Shown here: positions 23,872 to 36,035 of the stretch, piece by piece
Layout: every line of letters starts with the position of its first letter
How positions within the stretch are numbered: the first letter of the stretch is position 1
NCBI GenBank assembly: GCA_047967505.1
Contig: CM106538.1
Source of the DNA: Dipteris shenzhenensis
Lineage: Eukaryota
DNA length: 64,000 bases
Reading direction: 5' to 3' (one strand)
The notes under the pieces: model-generated
The model's input: the letters and a program-made list of their open reading frames with translations, nothing else
What the model was told of the DNA's origin: nothing
Databases searched by the model: none
Position numbers and translations under genes: made by a program

Positions 23872-24617
23872 CACAGCAGGACCGGGAGATCTTGTCTATT
23901 AGAACAGATCTTCAGGTCTTACAGGCGACTCATAGGACTCTTGCTGGAGAGATTCATGGACACACAGAGCGAGTGCAACAGATCGAGACTCGCGTTCAGC
24001 ACATAGACACATCTCCCACTACAGCAGTAGCAGCGGTTGAGGAGCGTTTGACCTCCCTTCAGACAGAGGTCCAGAGAGCCACAGAGTGGGTGGATGTCGT
24101 CCGCCGTCAGCCATCACAGCCTCAGAGATCGACTGTATCAGCTACATTGGCCGAGTCACAGCAGAGGGCCACAAAGGCCCTCAACATTCGCATTCGTGGT
24201 ATCTTGCCCTCGGAGACAGAGTCCACGATGACACAAGCTGTGACCTTTGTCTCTCAGACATTGGGAGTACAGGATCATGGCATAGTAGGAGCATATAGAG
24301 TCGGGAGAGATCGTACTAGAGAGCAGCCCCTCATTATCAGATTCAGAGATGCCCAGGCACGTCTAGCTGCCCTCAGGAGGAGAGGGACACTCAGAGACCA
24401 CCCACAGATTTCCATGGACGAGGATCTGACTCAGATACAGGTTGAGGAGCGCAAGGCGCTCATGCCTCAGAGAGACGCAGCCCGAGCTCAGGGCAAGTGG
24501 GCAATGATCAGGGATGGCAGACTCATCACAGGCACCTTGAGGCGTGCTCCCACAGTGCCTAGGGATGACAGACCAGCAGATATGGCCCCACCTCCACCTC
24601 CTGCTCCGACCGCCTGA
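23721..24617 (+). CDS. LINE ORF1p (coiled coil plus L1-type RRM/CTD-like region), intact 298 aa
   Basis: Heptad-rich N-half; NIRIRGI, AYRVG, PLIIRF, ISMDEDLT..QVEERK motifs typical of the transposase_22-like ORF1 class. Confidence 0.88.
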   Translation: MPCTVCPCQHILPELQHFQTHLRDALQMLHRKDETITLLTAQVASLTDRVTQQDREILSIRTDLQVLQATHRTLAGEIHGHTERVQQIETRVQHIDTSPTTAVAAVEERLTSLQTEVQRATEWVDVVRRQPSQPQRSTVSATLAESQQRATKALNIRIRGILPSETESTMTQAVTFVSQTLGVQDHGIVGAYRVGRDRTREQPLIIRFRDAQARLAALRRRGTLRDHPQISMDEDLTQIQVEERKALMPQRDAARAQGKWAMIRDGRLITGTLRRAPTVPRDDRPADMAPPPPPAPTA

Positions 24618-27600
24618 CGGGACAGGGCTCATGGGACACACCACCTGTCAGATAGTCTACGCATCGCTGTATGGAACTGCAATGGTTCTTTTACAGCACA
24701 GCCAGGCAATCTACGGGGGGCTTTCTTTGGGAGAGATATCATCTTTTTCACAGAGACACACGAGAGTCCAGAGAGACCTTTGCCACGAGTGACAGGATAT
24801 ACATGGAGATCTGCCTTCAGACAGCACACTCGAACATTTGGAGTGAGAGGATCTGGAGGAGTGGCCATTTTGTACAGAGAGCATCTCGATCGGATCATCA
24901 CAGTGGAGAGAGCGGATTCACATGCCCGATTCTTGTGGGTACGCATCCACCGCAGAGCCCCTCAGCGAGATCTCTTTATTGCAGTTTGCTACTTCCCCCC
25001 GGCGCAGTCGTTTTATTCCTCCACTGGACCAGGCCAGTCCATATTTGAGGATCTCTCAGCGGACATTGCAGATTTTTCACATCGCGGAGAAGTCATCCTC
25101 TTAGGAGACTTCAACGCGAGGACCTCAAACAGACAGGCCCTCACTTATGACTTCATGGAGGATCCGGTCATACTTTCGGCATCTCACAATGATAGCCTCT
25201 GTCGGACTTCATCAGACTGCACAGTACAGCCCACAGATCAGGGACGTCAGTTACTGGAGCTCCTCACCTCGCACAGTATGGTCATTTATAACGGCTTGTC
25301 CAGGTGGCCACAGTCTTCCATGCCTACATTCTCTTCTACTTCTGGGCGTGGCACTAGCGTGATCGACTACATCATAGGTCCCCCGACTCTAGTCCCTTCC
25401 ATCCATAGCCTTACTGTTAGCCCCTTCATGCCCTCTGCCGACCATGCACTCATCCACTTTACTTTGACTCATGTCTCCCATGACCCACCCCCCCTCGTCA
25501 TCACGACCGCCAATCCTATTATGAGGTTCATTTCGACCACCAGTTCGATGATGTATATAGCCAGAACCTCAGCCGCCTACTCCGTCCTCATCTATTAGAT
25601 GCTCTACCATCCACGCAGGACCGGTGGGAACTTGTACATTCTTCACTCGTTTCTGCCGCCCACATGTCCTTCCCTGCCACGTGTCATTCGTCTAGTCCCC
25701 CACCGGTTAGTCTTGTTCCTTGCAACGGTTGGTATGACGAGGAGTGTAAGGAACTCCGCAGGAAACTTCACCTTGAGACCAAGGAGAAGTCTCCCCTCCT
25801 TACCGAAACCAAGAGAGACTACAAGTGGTTGGTTAGGCGCAAGAAACGCCAATTTCTAGCCCAGAATGAGGAGGAGCTGAGAAGCTTGCTTTTCAGCTGT
25901 GACTCCAAGGAATTCTGGAGAAAATTCCTCCGCTCGAAGTCTCAGAGCCCCCTTACAGATCCACGTGTCTGGTCTGCATATACTTCAGCTCTATACGATG
26001 TTCCAGATCAGCCAGCCATCGATTTATTCCATTCCCCTAGGCCAGCTTCATCTATTCTTTTCACACAAGAGAGTGTCCGTGCAGCAGTCCACCGATTGAA
26101 GAACGGGAGAGCTAAGGATCATGATGGATTGCAAGCGGAGTATGTAATCCATGGGATTGATGCCTTAGATTTTGTTCTTTCCCGTCTCTTCAATGAGTCT
26201 GTTTGTACAGGCCTACCACAGTCCTGGTTAGGCAATACCATAGTACCTATCCACAAGTCGGGGGACCCTATGGAGCCGTCGAATTACAAGACCATCATGA
26301 TCGGCCATGTTATGGCCAAGATCTTTGCATCAGTTTTGGAAAGCCGTATAAATGACCATGCCGAGACGACAGGACTCAGAGCCAGAGGGCAGGCTGGATT
26401 TCGTAGGGATCATTCGACACTTGACCACATCCTCACACTTAGGGCACTGGTGGAGGAGGCGAAGTCACGAAGGCAACGGCTTTATTGTTGCTTCGTGGAC
26501 TTCAGGAAGGCATTTGACACAGTTCCGCGATTCAGATTGTTTCAGAGGATTCGCCAGATGGGCTTTAGTGGAGAGATACAGTGGGCTATCATGGCTTTGT
26601 ATGAGAGGGTCACTGGTCGGGCTCGGACACGTGAGGGGCTCTCAGAGGAGGTATGCAGCACGATTGGGGTGAAGCAGGGCTGCCCGCTCTCTCCTACTCT
26701 CTTTGGATTATATATTGATGAGCTAGAGATGTTTGTACAGATGACAGGCGGTGTGGGCTCTACTCTCTTAGGATCCTCCATTCCTATCCTCCTGTATGCG
26801 GACGATGTGGTTCTCATTTCCTCTACTGCTCAGGGCCTCCAGGCACATATTGAGGCACTCCACAGGTTTTGCTAGGACAGGGGGTTGACCGTAAACCTTG
26901 GCAAGACCAAGGTTATGGTTTTCAACACCTCTGATCGTATTTACAGCACGGATGAGTTTTGCTTCACTTATGACGGACAGCCCATTGAGCTTGTTAGAGA
27001 GTACACTTATTTGGGGGCAGTTTTCAGGGGACCGGTCTTCACCATGACATATGCAGCACGAGATAGGATTAGTAAAGGGTATGCTTAGTTGGCTCATCTT
27101 GAGCGTCAGTGTTTTCAGTCCCACTTTCAGCATCCCGATACGAAATCCTTGCTTTTTGATACAGTGGTGAGACCAGCTGCGATGTATGCAGCTCCTTTCT
27201 GGGCAGGAGACCTCGGCGCTGCAGATTGGAGACGAGTAGAGAGGTTACAGATCATCATGCTCTCTCGGCTCATTAGGGCCAAGGCTACAGTTCCGCACGA
27301 GATCATGCTAGCAGAGTTTGGAGCTACTCCCCTTGCATTGGATGCAGCGTTTCAGTCGGTCATGTATATGCACAGGGTCAGGGAGTTTGGAGACTCAGCA
27401 GCAGGCAGAGCTCGGTTGCCATGGTTAGCACTTGCATCTTCTATGGAGTTGGCACGATCAGGGACCCGATACTGCTGGTACTTCAGACCTACTAGGTGGC
27501 TCACATCCCTTGGTCTAGACATGGATAGACTGCCTCCGTTCCGATACAGCATAGATGCCCCTCATCTCGAGTTGACTCGCCACGAGCTTAGCCAGGTCAC

Positions 27601-28435
27601 GAGAGCAGACTTGCTGCAGCTTCATACGTATCGCACTTGGATTTATCCCACGCAGCTTCCAGTGAAGATGGCCACATATCGTGACCACTTCCTTCGGATC
27701 TCAGAGGATGGATTTGTCATCCCACCAGGCTATACAGGTACCCACATGTCCCACTCACTGAGGATTGCCCTCGGCCAGCTTAGAGTCTCTTCGCATCAGC
27801 TCGAGATAGAGGCTGGTAGGATGCGACGCATGGAGGATGGACGGCGACCAGGCCGAGAGACCAGGATCTGCCCTTGTTGCACCATGGGAGAGGTGGAGTC
27901 AGAGGAGCACTTCATTTGCAGATGCCCGCTATATTATGAGATCAGAGGTAGATTCCACTGTCTCTTCACGGATGGCTTTGGACCTCTCTCACGAGTGATG
28001 GACTATGAGGATCAGCATTGCCTAGCCCTTTATGTCAGGGAGGCCACTATGCTTCGGCGAGACTACCTCAGAGAGCACAGACCGGAGCGTGATAGAGCCC
28101 AGCCTCATAGAGCTCAGGCACACGCCATACCAGAGGACAGAGACCAGGAGGAGCACGAGGACGGCAGAGCCCACACAGGACACATTCCTCCACCATGTGG
28201 ATGTACATATGAGATGGTTTGTAGACGCCGCAGGATTTTGTTACATAGGGGACGTACTCGCCGCTTCATCTCCAAACGATCCAGGATGATGGCAGCATTT
28301 CGGAGGAGACTTACTCATGGAGATCTCGCCCCACCAGCCGCTCACCTCACCTTTGCCCAGATTTGTACTCTCATAGCAGGAGGCAGAGTCGATGGACAGG
28401 ATTTCCAGTATTATTTTGGTTCTCAGACTCCGTGA
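24618..28435 (+). pseudogene. LINE ORF2p (APE endonuclease, RT, C-terminal Cys/His); one frameshift (C-run ~25490) and two TAG stops (26873, 27086)
   Basis: Frame is open from 24618 and reads DSLRIAVWNCNG at 24651; ORF segments 24780-25598, 25664-26875, 26885-27088, 27089-28435. Confidence 0.9.
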
Positions 28436-28711
28436 CACCTGGACTTGTATCTTTGCATTGGCATATTGTGCTCATCCCCCCCATTTTGCACCCGGGGGCG
28501 GTTTCCTTGCATCTAGTTTACTCTGTATTTAGGCTCAGATTTGACATTATGTACTTTCACTTGCATTATATTGCGTAGCACTTAGATGATATTCGACGAT
28601 GCCTCTTCTTTGGGGCACGTTGATTTTGTGCTATCTTGTATGCAGAGTTCTTGATGTCCCATGGGCCCATTTTGGCCTCTAGTGGACAATAATACACTTT
28701 CTTTCTTTCTT

Positions 28712-28747
<36 letters not shown>

Positions 28748-28759
28748 CCCCCCCCCCCC

Positions 28760-29884
28760 CAGTACAGCTTGGATGCCCAGCCCCCTTGCTCCCACGAAAT
28801 GAGATCAACAGTATCGTATGGTTGGATCTATTCCAACTCGGGGAACAAGGAATTCCCCACCGAGATTCAAACCACTTTCTAAGAGTATCAAAGGGTAGTG
28901 GCCAAATGCCAGTTTCGTCACATTAGTTGAAAATCAAGGCAGGGAGAGCTGCAGGCACACACCTAGGAAGCAATGGATCTGCAAATTACTCACACTAAAG
29001 GAGATGGAGACAAAGGAGCATTTCCTATGCACGTGCCCAATCTTTTATCAAATCTGCAGACGATACCATTGTCTCTTTGAAGAGGGGCATGGTTTTGGAT
29101 CACTCTCTCGGCTCCATGACCAGGTCTATGTTGGCCTCTATCTGATTGAAATGCGGCAACACAAAGATACCCTACCTGGATTAGATCGAGCAACAGGAGG
29201 AACTGTGCCGAGCACGACATGTCATAGAATTCAACGCATTTGGGTCAGCCCCAGGATATAGCGGAGTAGAGGAGGAGCTAGCTGACATGAGGGCAGAGTG
29301 GGTCACCAGGAAGAGACAACGCGGAGCTGCCAAAGACACGGAGACTACATACGATACAAAGGCTGATGAGAGCACGCACGATGAAGGTCTGGGCTATCTC
29401 AACTCTCTCAGAGGGAACTGTCAAAGCCGATATGTCACCCTTGATAGTTGATAGTCTTCGGGTTATATATCAGTTTTTCAGTTTTTCAGTTTAGTAGTGT
29501 TAGCACCTAGCAAGGGCCTTAGTGCGCCCTTTGCTCCAGTATTCACCAAGGACCATGGTCAGAGACTATCACCAAAGAGCAATTATAGATAAGATCCACC
29601 AATCTTTTCAAAAATTATGGCAAAGTAGATAGCAAGAAACTATAAGTTTACAACTACTAACCCTTAGCATTCCATAATAAAAATTATCCAATAGAACCCT
29701 CTAGCCCTTGAGTAATATGTTCGTGATAGTTCGTTGTAGTTTGTTCTTTACACATACTTGCGTATGTTTACTCGTTATTTGAGACGCTAGTCTCCCCGGC
29801 AACGATAGGCTTGTATGAGATCATCCTTTTGGTGTACTTTGTACGTCATCCCATAGGCCCGCGAGATCTTCTGTGGACGTTAAT

Positions 29885-29910
<26 letters not shown>
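28760..29910 (+). mobile_element. Degenerate 5'-truncated LINE (ORF2 C-terminus and 3' UTR, interrupted at ~29545-29790)
   Basis: QYSLDA (cf. RYSIDA), ETKEHFLCTCPIFYQI.RRYHCLF; 3' stem-loop at ~29848-29880 followed by (CT)n. Confidence 0.75.
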
Positions 29911-29932
<22 letters not shown>

Positions 29933-29951
29933 CTATATCTATATCTATATA

Positions 29952-29983
<32 letters not shown>
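29889..29983. repeat. Compound microsatellite (CT)n(AT)n
   Basis: Direct reading. Confidence 0.95.
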
Positions 29984-29987
<4 letters not shown>

Positions 29988-30671
29988 TGGATACGCTATT
30001 GTATGAGACAACTTTTACCACATCCTGAAATCATTGTCTGCTCCCTCATGCAGCAAAATTGTACAAATACTATGGACACATCACCCAAGTCACGAAGGCT
30101 AGGAGACAACTCTTGCAGCAACCACTAGATAACATACATTACAATGAACAACCACTAGGGCAGGTCTCACATCACTTAACACATTTGCTCTTTTTGTGGT
30201 TTTTCGTCCCATAAGTAGAAATCAGCCTCCAATGAATGTTAGTAAAATGATCATCACCATCATCATCACTCTCTCTCTCTAAACGATGAAGGCAGCTTTC
30301 CTGCCAAGAGTGGATCAACATGCTTTGCAACCACCAAGATACTTGATAGGATCCTAGCAAGGCTCACACAAACCTTAACTTCCTCTTGACAAGCTTGTAA
30401 TCATGCAGATGCAAACACAAACACAAGGTTACCTCCCTCTTGACAAGGTTGTAATCATGCGTCTGCAGACACACGCACAAACACAAGGTTACTCTATTTC
30501 AGTTGGACCTTTTAGAGGTGCGCTACATATCAATATTTGTTTTGAGAGCCGGCTTTGTTCCCCAGGGATCACAAGATGTAGCCATCTTTTGCTTTCATGT
30601 GTTTTTTCCAACATTCCACCCCTTCCCCCCTCCCCCCCCCCTCTCTTTCTCTCTCTCTGTCTCTCTCTATC

Positions 30672-31965
30672 TACCGCTCAGCCTCCCCGTCTGCTAGCTC
30701 TCTACCGCCGCCTGCCTGCTAGCCGCTACTTGCTAGCCTCTCCACCTGCTAGCCTCTCCATCCACTAGCCCCCCTCTGCCTACTAGGCCCTCCACCGCTG
30801 CCTGCTAGCCGTACCTCCTGCTATATAGCTCGCAATATAAGGGGGGGGTTTCATCAGCTAACCCAGCCTCAGGCTGAGCTGAGCCCCTAGCTCAGTCTGA
30901 GGTGTTAGCTCCAATAAAGGGCCGTTGATTGCGCCGGTCGTTTTCAATATGGAGTTCCCAAAAACGAAGCTTTTCCCATCAACTCCAGCCACCAAGAAAC
31001 CATCCTACGCCGCCATGGCATCGACGCCTTCCCCCTATGCTCTGACTTATCACAGATTTCAAAGTAAGCTTGATCCACACGAACGGATTTACTTCCTACA
31101 GCAAGAACTCAGAGATGCAAAGCTCAACATTGCTTCTCGCATTGCTTCTCTGGAGAAGATAGTTTCAGAAATGAAGAATGAAGGCGGACAAGAGGTAATA
31201 CAAGAAGTCCTACAGCAATGCAACACCGCGGCTCCAACACCACAGCTCATAGTCAAGGTCCAAGAAATGGTCAACACTCAGCTCAAATCCATGGGACAGG
31301 AAATTACAGCAGCAATACACAACAAGATCGACAAATGTGATTATACTGAGGTAAGGGAGCAGCAAACCATAGTAACTAACAAGAAGATTTACGCATTGGA
31401 GGATTGCAAGACAGCTACCTTAGCTATTTTGGAATGGAAGAGGAAGAGGAACACATTGATGAGAGCGAGATCATTCAACTCAAGAAGGCAGTACCACAAG
31501 TCGATTGGATGAGAATGACATAAGGTTCATCACCCGAAAGGGTAACCAGGCACAAATTTACTTCAAAGATAAAGGCTTGAGGGTCAAGATCCTTAGACAA
31601 ACCAACAAGCTGAAAGGTACTAGGATTTGGATATCTGAAGAGCTCACTATGACCCAACTCAAATGAACTCATCAAAGTGAAATAAGCAAGAAAGGAAGGT
31701 AAATGGGCGGTCTACTAAGATGGGCAAGCACTGATAAGAGATTTCAAACCTAAACCCAAGGACTCTCAGTCTTAAACTCATGTTATTCAGATCACTCTTA
31801 CATAATACCTGAATGTAGTTATGTTATGCTATTCTAATAATCTGGGGCTGAGTTGTTGTACTCCCCCACAGACTCTCAGTCTCTAACTCATGCTGTAGTA
31901 TTTGGTTTGTGTATTTTGTCCCATAGACCCGCAAGGTCTTCCGAGGACATTAATCTCTCTCTCTC

Positions 31966-32019
<54 letters not shown>
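30672..32019 (+). mobile_element. ORF1-only non-autonomous non-LTR element, copy 2
   Basis: Preceded by (CT)n at 30641-30671; CCTGCTAG-type 5' repeats; hairpin 30856-30910; ATG 30949 (MEFPKTK...ERIYFLQQE); C-terminus ...KLKGTRIWISEELT...RKEGKWAVY...KPKPKDSQS* (stop 31773-31775); 3' stem-loop ~31918-31950; (CT)n tail. Confidence 0.82.
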
Positions 32020-32022
<3 letters not shown>

Positions 32023-32125
32023 TACGGATCGAGGCACAGGAGCTGCATACCCAGAGAGTAGAGGATCTGCACACTTTGCCCGATGGAGGAGATCGAGACA
32101 GAGGAGCACTATGTGTCTACCCATG
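32019..32125 (+). pseudogene. Short LINE ORF2 C-terminal remnant
   Basis: QLRIEA...ICTLCPMGEIETEEHY across frameshifts, homologous to QLEIEA...ICPCCTMGEVESEEHF. Confidence 0.65.
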
Positions 32126-32171
32126 GCTTTGGTCCACTTACGCAGCTAATGCATTTTCCTGATCAAGTTTG

Positions 32172-33440
32172 TGTTGGGCTCACAACTAGAGACTACTAAA
32201 ACTGTCCCGAACAACAGACCCGGTTACTCAAACATGCTGCTTTGCTCAGAACAGAGATATGAATGGATGAGCAGATAGATCTTGAAAAGACGAAGATTTT
32301 GATCTAAGTTTCATGTAAATCGAATTGATCTAAGTTTCATGTAAATCAACGTTCGGAGCAAAACATTATGACCATTTTATGAAAGATTGTCAAAACTATC
32401 CAGCTGCAGTTTTGGAAAGGGGCAACGATTTCCTTCAGTAGAGAAGTAGCTTCCAAAATACATGGCGAATTGAGCAAGGAAGTAGAGAATACCATCACAA
32501 TAGATCTGAAGATAACTCACTCATGCCAACATACTAAGCTTTGAAGCAAGGAGAAAGTAGATGGGAGAAGAATGAGGAAAAGTAAGCATAAACTTTATTC
32601 AAGATATCCAAAGCGAAGAGAGGGGTACAAAGGGAGAGCCTAATGGTCTAGGGAGAGGGGAAAGGAAGGAAAATATAGATACAAGTGATGGCATAGCTAC
32701 CAAGAGAGAAATGAGATACTGGAGAGGGAGGAGAGAGGCCTATTTTATAGAGAAATTCTCACCCTTCTTCACCTTGTTACATTTCCATCTAGTAGATTCC
32801 TTCACCACTTGGTGACATAAGGACATCGATCACCATCAAATATGTGATGGCATAGCTACAAAGAGAAGAATGAGATATAGGAGAGGGAGGAGAGAGGCCT
32901 CTTTTATAGAGAAATTCTCACCCTCCTTCACCTTGTTATATTTCCAGCTAGTAGATTCCTTCACTCTTTGGTGACATAAGGACATGGGTCACCATCAAAT
33001 GTCCTTTTGGGCACATTTTGAAAAGTGTCCCATCACAAAATCCTCATGACTCTTTGAAATTTGAGAAAGTCAAGTGTCTTCCCCCTTAGAGCCCATAGGG
33101 ACCGTCTCTTTTCCACATATCAACATCCTCCATGTTCCACATAAAGATTCTAAAAGGATTCCTCTTGACTCTACACTCCTTCTCACTCCTCCACATGACC
33201 TCCATGTGCTTGGTATGTGCTCTCCATATTATTTTAGTGCATTATGGAGTCCATATAGTCATTTGGCCCACTCAAAATACATGACTCATCTCTATTTTCT
33301 CAATAACATCCAATAATATTTCACTCCAAACACTCTATTTCCATACCAAGGTATTTATAATTCATATACATGGTATTTACAAATATTCACTCCAATCATA
33401 CTTACATTCCACACTATTATTACATGAGTAGTCATCATCA
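32172..33440 (-). repeat. Probable solo or orphan LTR with an internal ~160-bp tandem duplication
   Basis: TGTTGG...CATCA ends; reverse-strand TATA (TTTTATAG) in both duplicated units (32684-32841, 32843-33000); reverse-strand AATAAA near 32594. No matching TSD found. Confidence 0.45.
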
Positions 33441-34092
33441 GACGATCGCCAAGCCATAATGGAGACTAGCTGTCGCCGTCGCCGCCAAAGCTGTCTCTCG
33501 TCACCAACTTCTTCATCACGCTACTTGGTTCTCATGTCTTATGTTGCATCATCTTGTCAGCCCCACAAGCTTATTCCACAAGTATTGTTGTTGCGAAGCC
33601 TCTTAGATATGTACAAAACCAAAATTAGAAAAATATTAATTTTTTGTGTCACAGTACGCCACCAAGTACTATGTGTCACATCTTCTAATCATTAAAATGG
33701 TTTGACTATTATGGAGGGGGTCAACAATAGCGGAGTATCAAATTTTGCTACTTAAAGCATCCTGAATGAGTAATGACCATTTTGATCAAAGATATAGGCT
33801 CTTCAATAACAAATCTGCTGACATCTAGCTAAGCACTGCCATTTTCAGCCTCACCTACAGATGGCCCCTTCTTCCACCTTATCAGACCAGAGAAGGGAAG
33901 CTCCTGTGGAACTTGTCACTTAACCATTTCATTTTGTAGCTTGTATATTGAGCCTAAAATGTAACATTTCATGTTCCTTTTCTTTCTTGAATTTCAGTAT
34001 GTAAATCAAAAGAAAAAGATCTATATTTCACAGATGTCTAATCAAAGTTTTCCTTCAAAAAGATGAATTCCAACACAACCACAATTCCTTAC

Positions 34093-34166
34093 TAAGAGCA
34101 GCTTCAAATATCTGAGGATCAGGCTTTTCATGACCAACTTCGCATGACACGATAACAGAATGGAAC
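34093..34166 (-). CDS. Host HAD-like hydrolase (HDHD3/REG-2-like) exon: (L)FHSVIVSCEVGHEKPDPQIFEAAL
   Basis: AG/GT boundaries, phase continuous with the upstream exon, contains HAD motif III (EKPD). Confidence 0.92.
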
Positions 34167-34306
34167 CTGAAGGCAATAACCAATAGACAAGGGTCATCGG
34201 TTCACACTCTTTGACAACAAACACAACACACCTGAAGTGAAAATAAATCTACTTTATGTAAGTTTCTTAGTAGGAGGAAAATTTGCAAGCAGCAAGCCAC
34301 CCATAC

Positions 34307-34379
34307 AAATTGGCAATGTTTAATTCTTGTAAGAGTGGGCGCAACCGAGAGTCGAAGTTTGAAACAACTCCAAGTTTCA
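34307..34379 (-). CDS. Host HAD-like hydrolase exon: (V)KLGVVSNFDSRLRPLLQELNIAN(L)
   Basis: AG/GT boundaries, HAD motif II (VSNFD), phases match both neighbours. Confidence 0.93.
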
Positions 34380-34540
34380 CTGAAGGCATATAAATTAAAT
34401 GTCCATCAGTGACTTGAAACCTCATTCAAGAATAATAAATAAGATATATAGGACTAATGTGAAACAAATATGGACGTGTTCTAGCAGTTGGACTTTGGCA
34501 CATCCACATTGATGACCACAGCACGTAAATATCATCATAC

Positions 34541-34616
34541 CTCCTGAATTCTTTAAGCGATTTAAAGTACTCGCAGCACCGGCTGGTAGTTTCCAAGCTG
34601 CTGCCCTTGAAAAATG
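34541..34616 (-). CDS. Host HAD-like hydrolase exon: HFSRAAAWKLPAGAASTLNRLKNSG
   Basis: AG/GT boundaries, 76 nt, phase 0 to 1. Confidence 0.9.
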
Positions 34617-34814
34617 CTGAGAGAAGGCAGTCACAAGATATTACAAAAGTGCAATGCTAAAGTGTATAGAAGGAAGGGAAGGGACTTGGACTGTTGAATA
34701 AAATTGTTCACCCCTTTCTGTAGGAAGATGATAGCAGCAGGCAGGTCTTATGAACAGAAAACTAGTTAACGAATTCTCGTGAAAATTGATAGTTGACAGC
34801 ATGTAGAGGGGTAC

Positions 34815-34898
34815 ATAATAAAGTTCCTCAAAAAACTTCTCATCTTTGCAGCCAGTCGCCAGTGCCACAGCATATCTCCAGAATGGTTTGCCATCACC
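34815..34898 (-). CDS. Host HAD-like hydrolase exon: GDGKPFWRYAVALATGCKDEKFFEELYY
   Basis: AG/GT boundaries, 84 nt; resembles the GDGRPFW...ATGC...FE segment of plant HAD hydrolases (At1g14310-like, from recall). Confidence 0.92.
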
Positions 34899-35785
34899 CT
34901 GGAATAATTTTGGAGTACAAAGTCATTCAAAATTTGTTTCTCTTGGTTAGTTTTTGCTAAGATGAAGTGTTTAATTTGAGGAAGGTAAGATAGATTGCCA
35001 ACAATGTTCTTCAGACATTCAAAACTTTTAATAACTTATGTCTATTGTATTTTGTGACTAAAATCAAAAGAATATCGCCCTTAAAGACTTTAAAATACAT
35101 TTGCAATGCAAATTCAGCAGTCTACTGAAAACAGCCTCAATTCATGATATTCATGCAAAGTAAAGACTGCAAGGGCTGTATTTGGCCTCATCCCACCAAA
35201 ACCCATGAGTGGGTGTTATGAACCAATTGCGCCAAACACAATCGATATGCACATAATTGAATGCTGCATTCAGAAATTGCAAATCACAAAAAGAGTTGTA
35301 TGTCATCCAATGGGAAAACAGCACCCTCATGCACTTTTTATAGGGTATGATGACAATATATAGGCCCTTCCCCTTCACAACATCTGGTTCTCAATTCAAA
35401 GTCCACAAGGTTTTCAGGCCATTGGATTCTCTACTCTTTAAGATCATGTTACAAACATACTATAATGTCCTATGATGTAAAGACATTTGTGTGAGACTAG
35501 AATATATCCAATCGTACAAATTTAGATTTTTTGTTGTTCTAAAGTCCAAAAATCTAGAAGAGAAAACAAAAGAGAAGAAAAAAGAGGAAACACGATTTTT
35601 TGAAAAACAAAAGGAAGACATACTTAACAAGCAAAGCAACACTTATGTCGTCATCAGTGCCCGAGCATAAGCAGCTATACTGGGTTTCTAAAGACCTGCG
35701 GAGTCTCTTGGGCAAACCCAATGCTTACTAAAATACATCAAATAAACAAAAGAGAAAGATAACATTTAAATATAGAAGAAAGGAA

Positions 35786-36035
35786 TGTTGAAATTATCGC
35801 CAAAATTCATGGCATTGACCAACGTTTGACCAATAAGTGGGTTAGGGGCACTTTTCCCTCATTAGAGGTTTTTCCCCTAACCATAGTGAGGACCCCTGAC
35901 TACAATTAGTAGTTAGGATAAGGTTTTGTCACTAAAACAAAACCTTATGCTTGTATCTTGTTTCCTATCTCTTTTAGTACACTTGTGTGGTTTGCTCTCT
36001 CTTGTTCTTTGCTCTTGCTCTCATTCTCTCCTTCA
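35786..36035 (+). repeat. 5' LTR of copia C
   Basis: TGTTG...TTCA followed by the PBS; similar to 4562-4800. Confidence 0.85.

Larger units (their letters stand above)
22707..28742 (+). mobile_element. Full-length LINE (APE-RT; RTE/RTEX-like, non-L1), near-intact
   Basis: 5' (C)nTCGCAG repeats; ORF1; ORF2 with APE (WNCNG, FTETHE, LLGDFNA, SVIDY, ADH), RT (QAGFR, FVDFRKAFD, GVKQGCPLSP, LLYADD, YTYLG) and a C-terminal Cys/His motif (CPCC..ESEEHFICRCPLY); 3' stem-loop and (CTTT)n(CT)n tail. Clade assignment is from motif recall. Confidence 0.92.
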
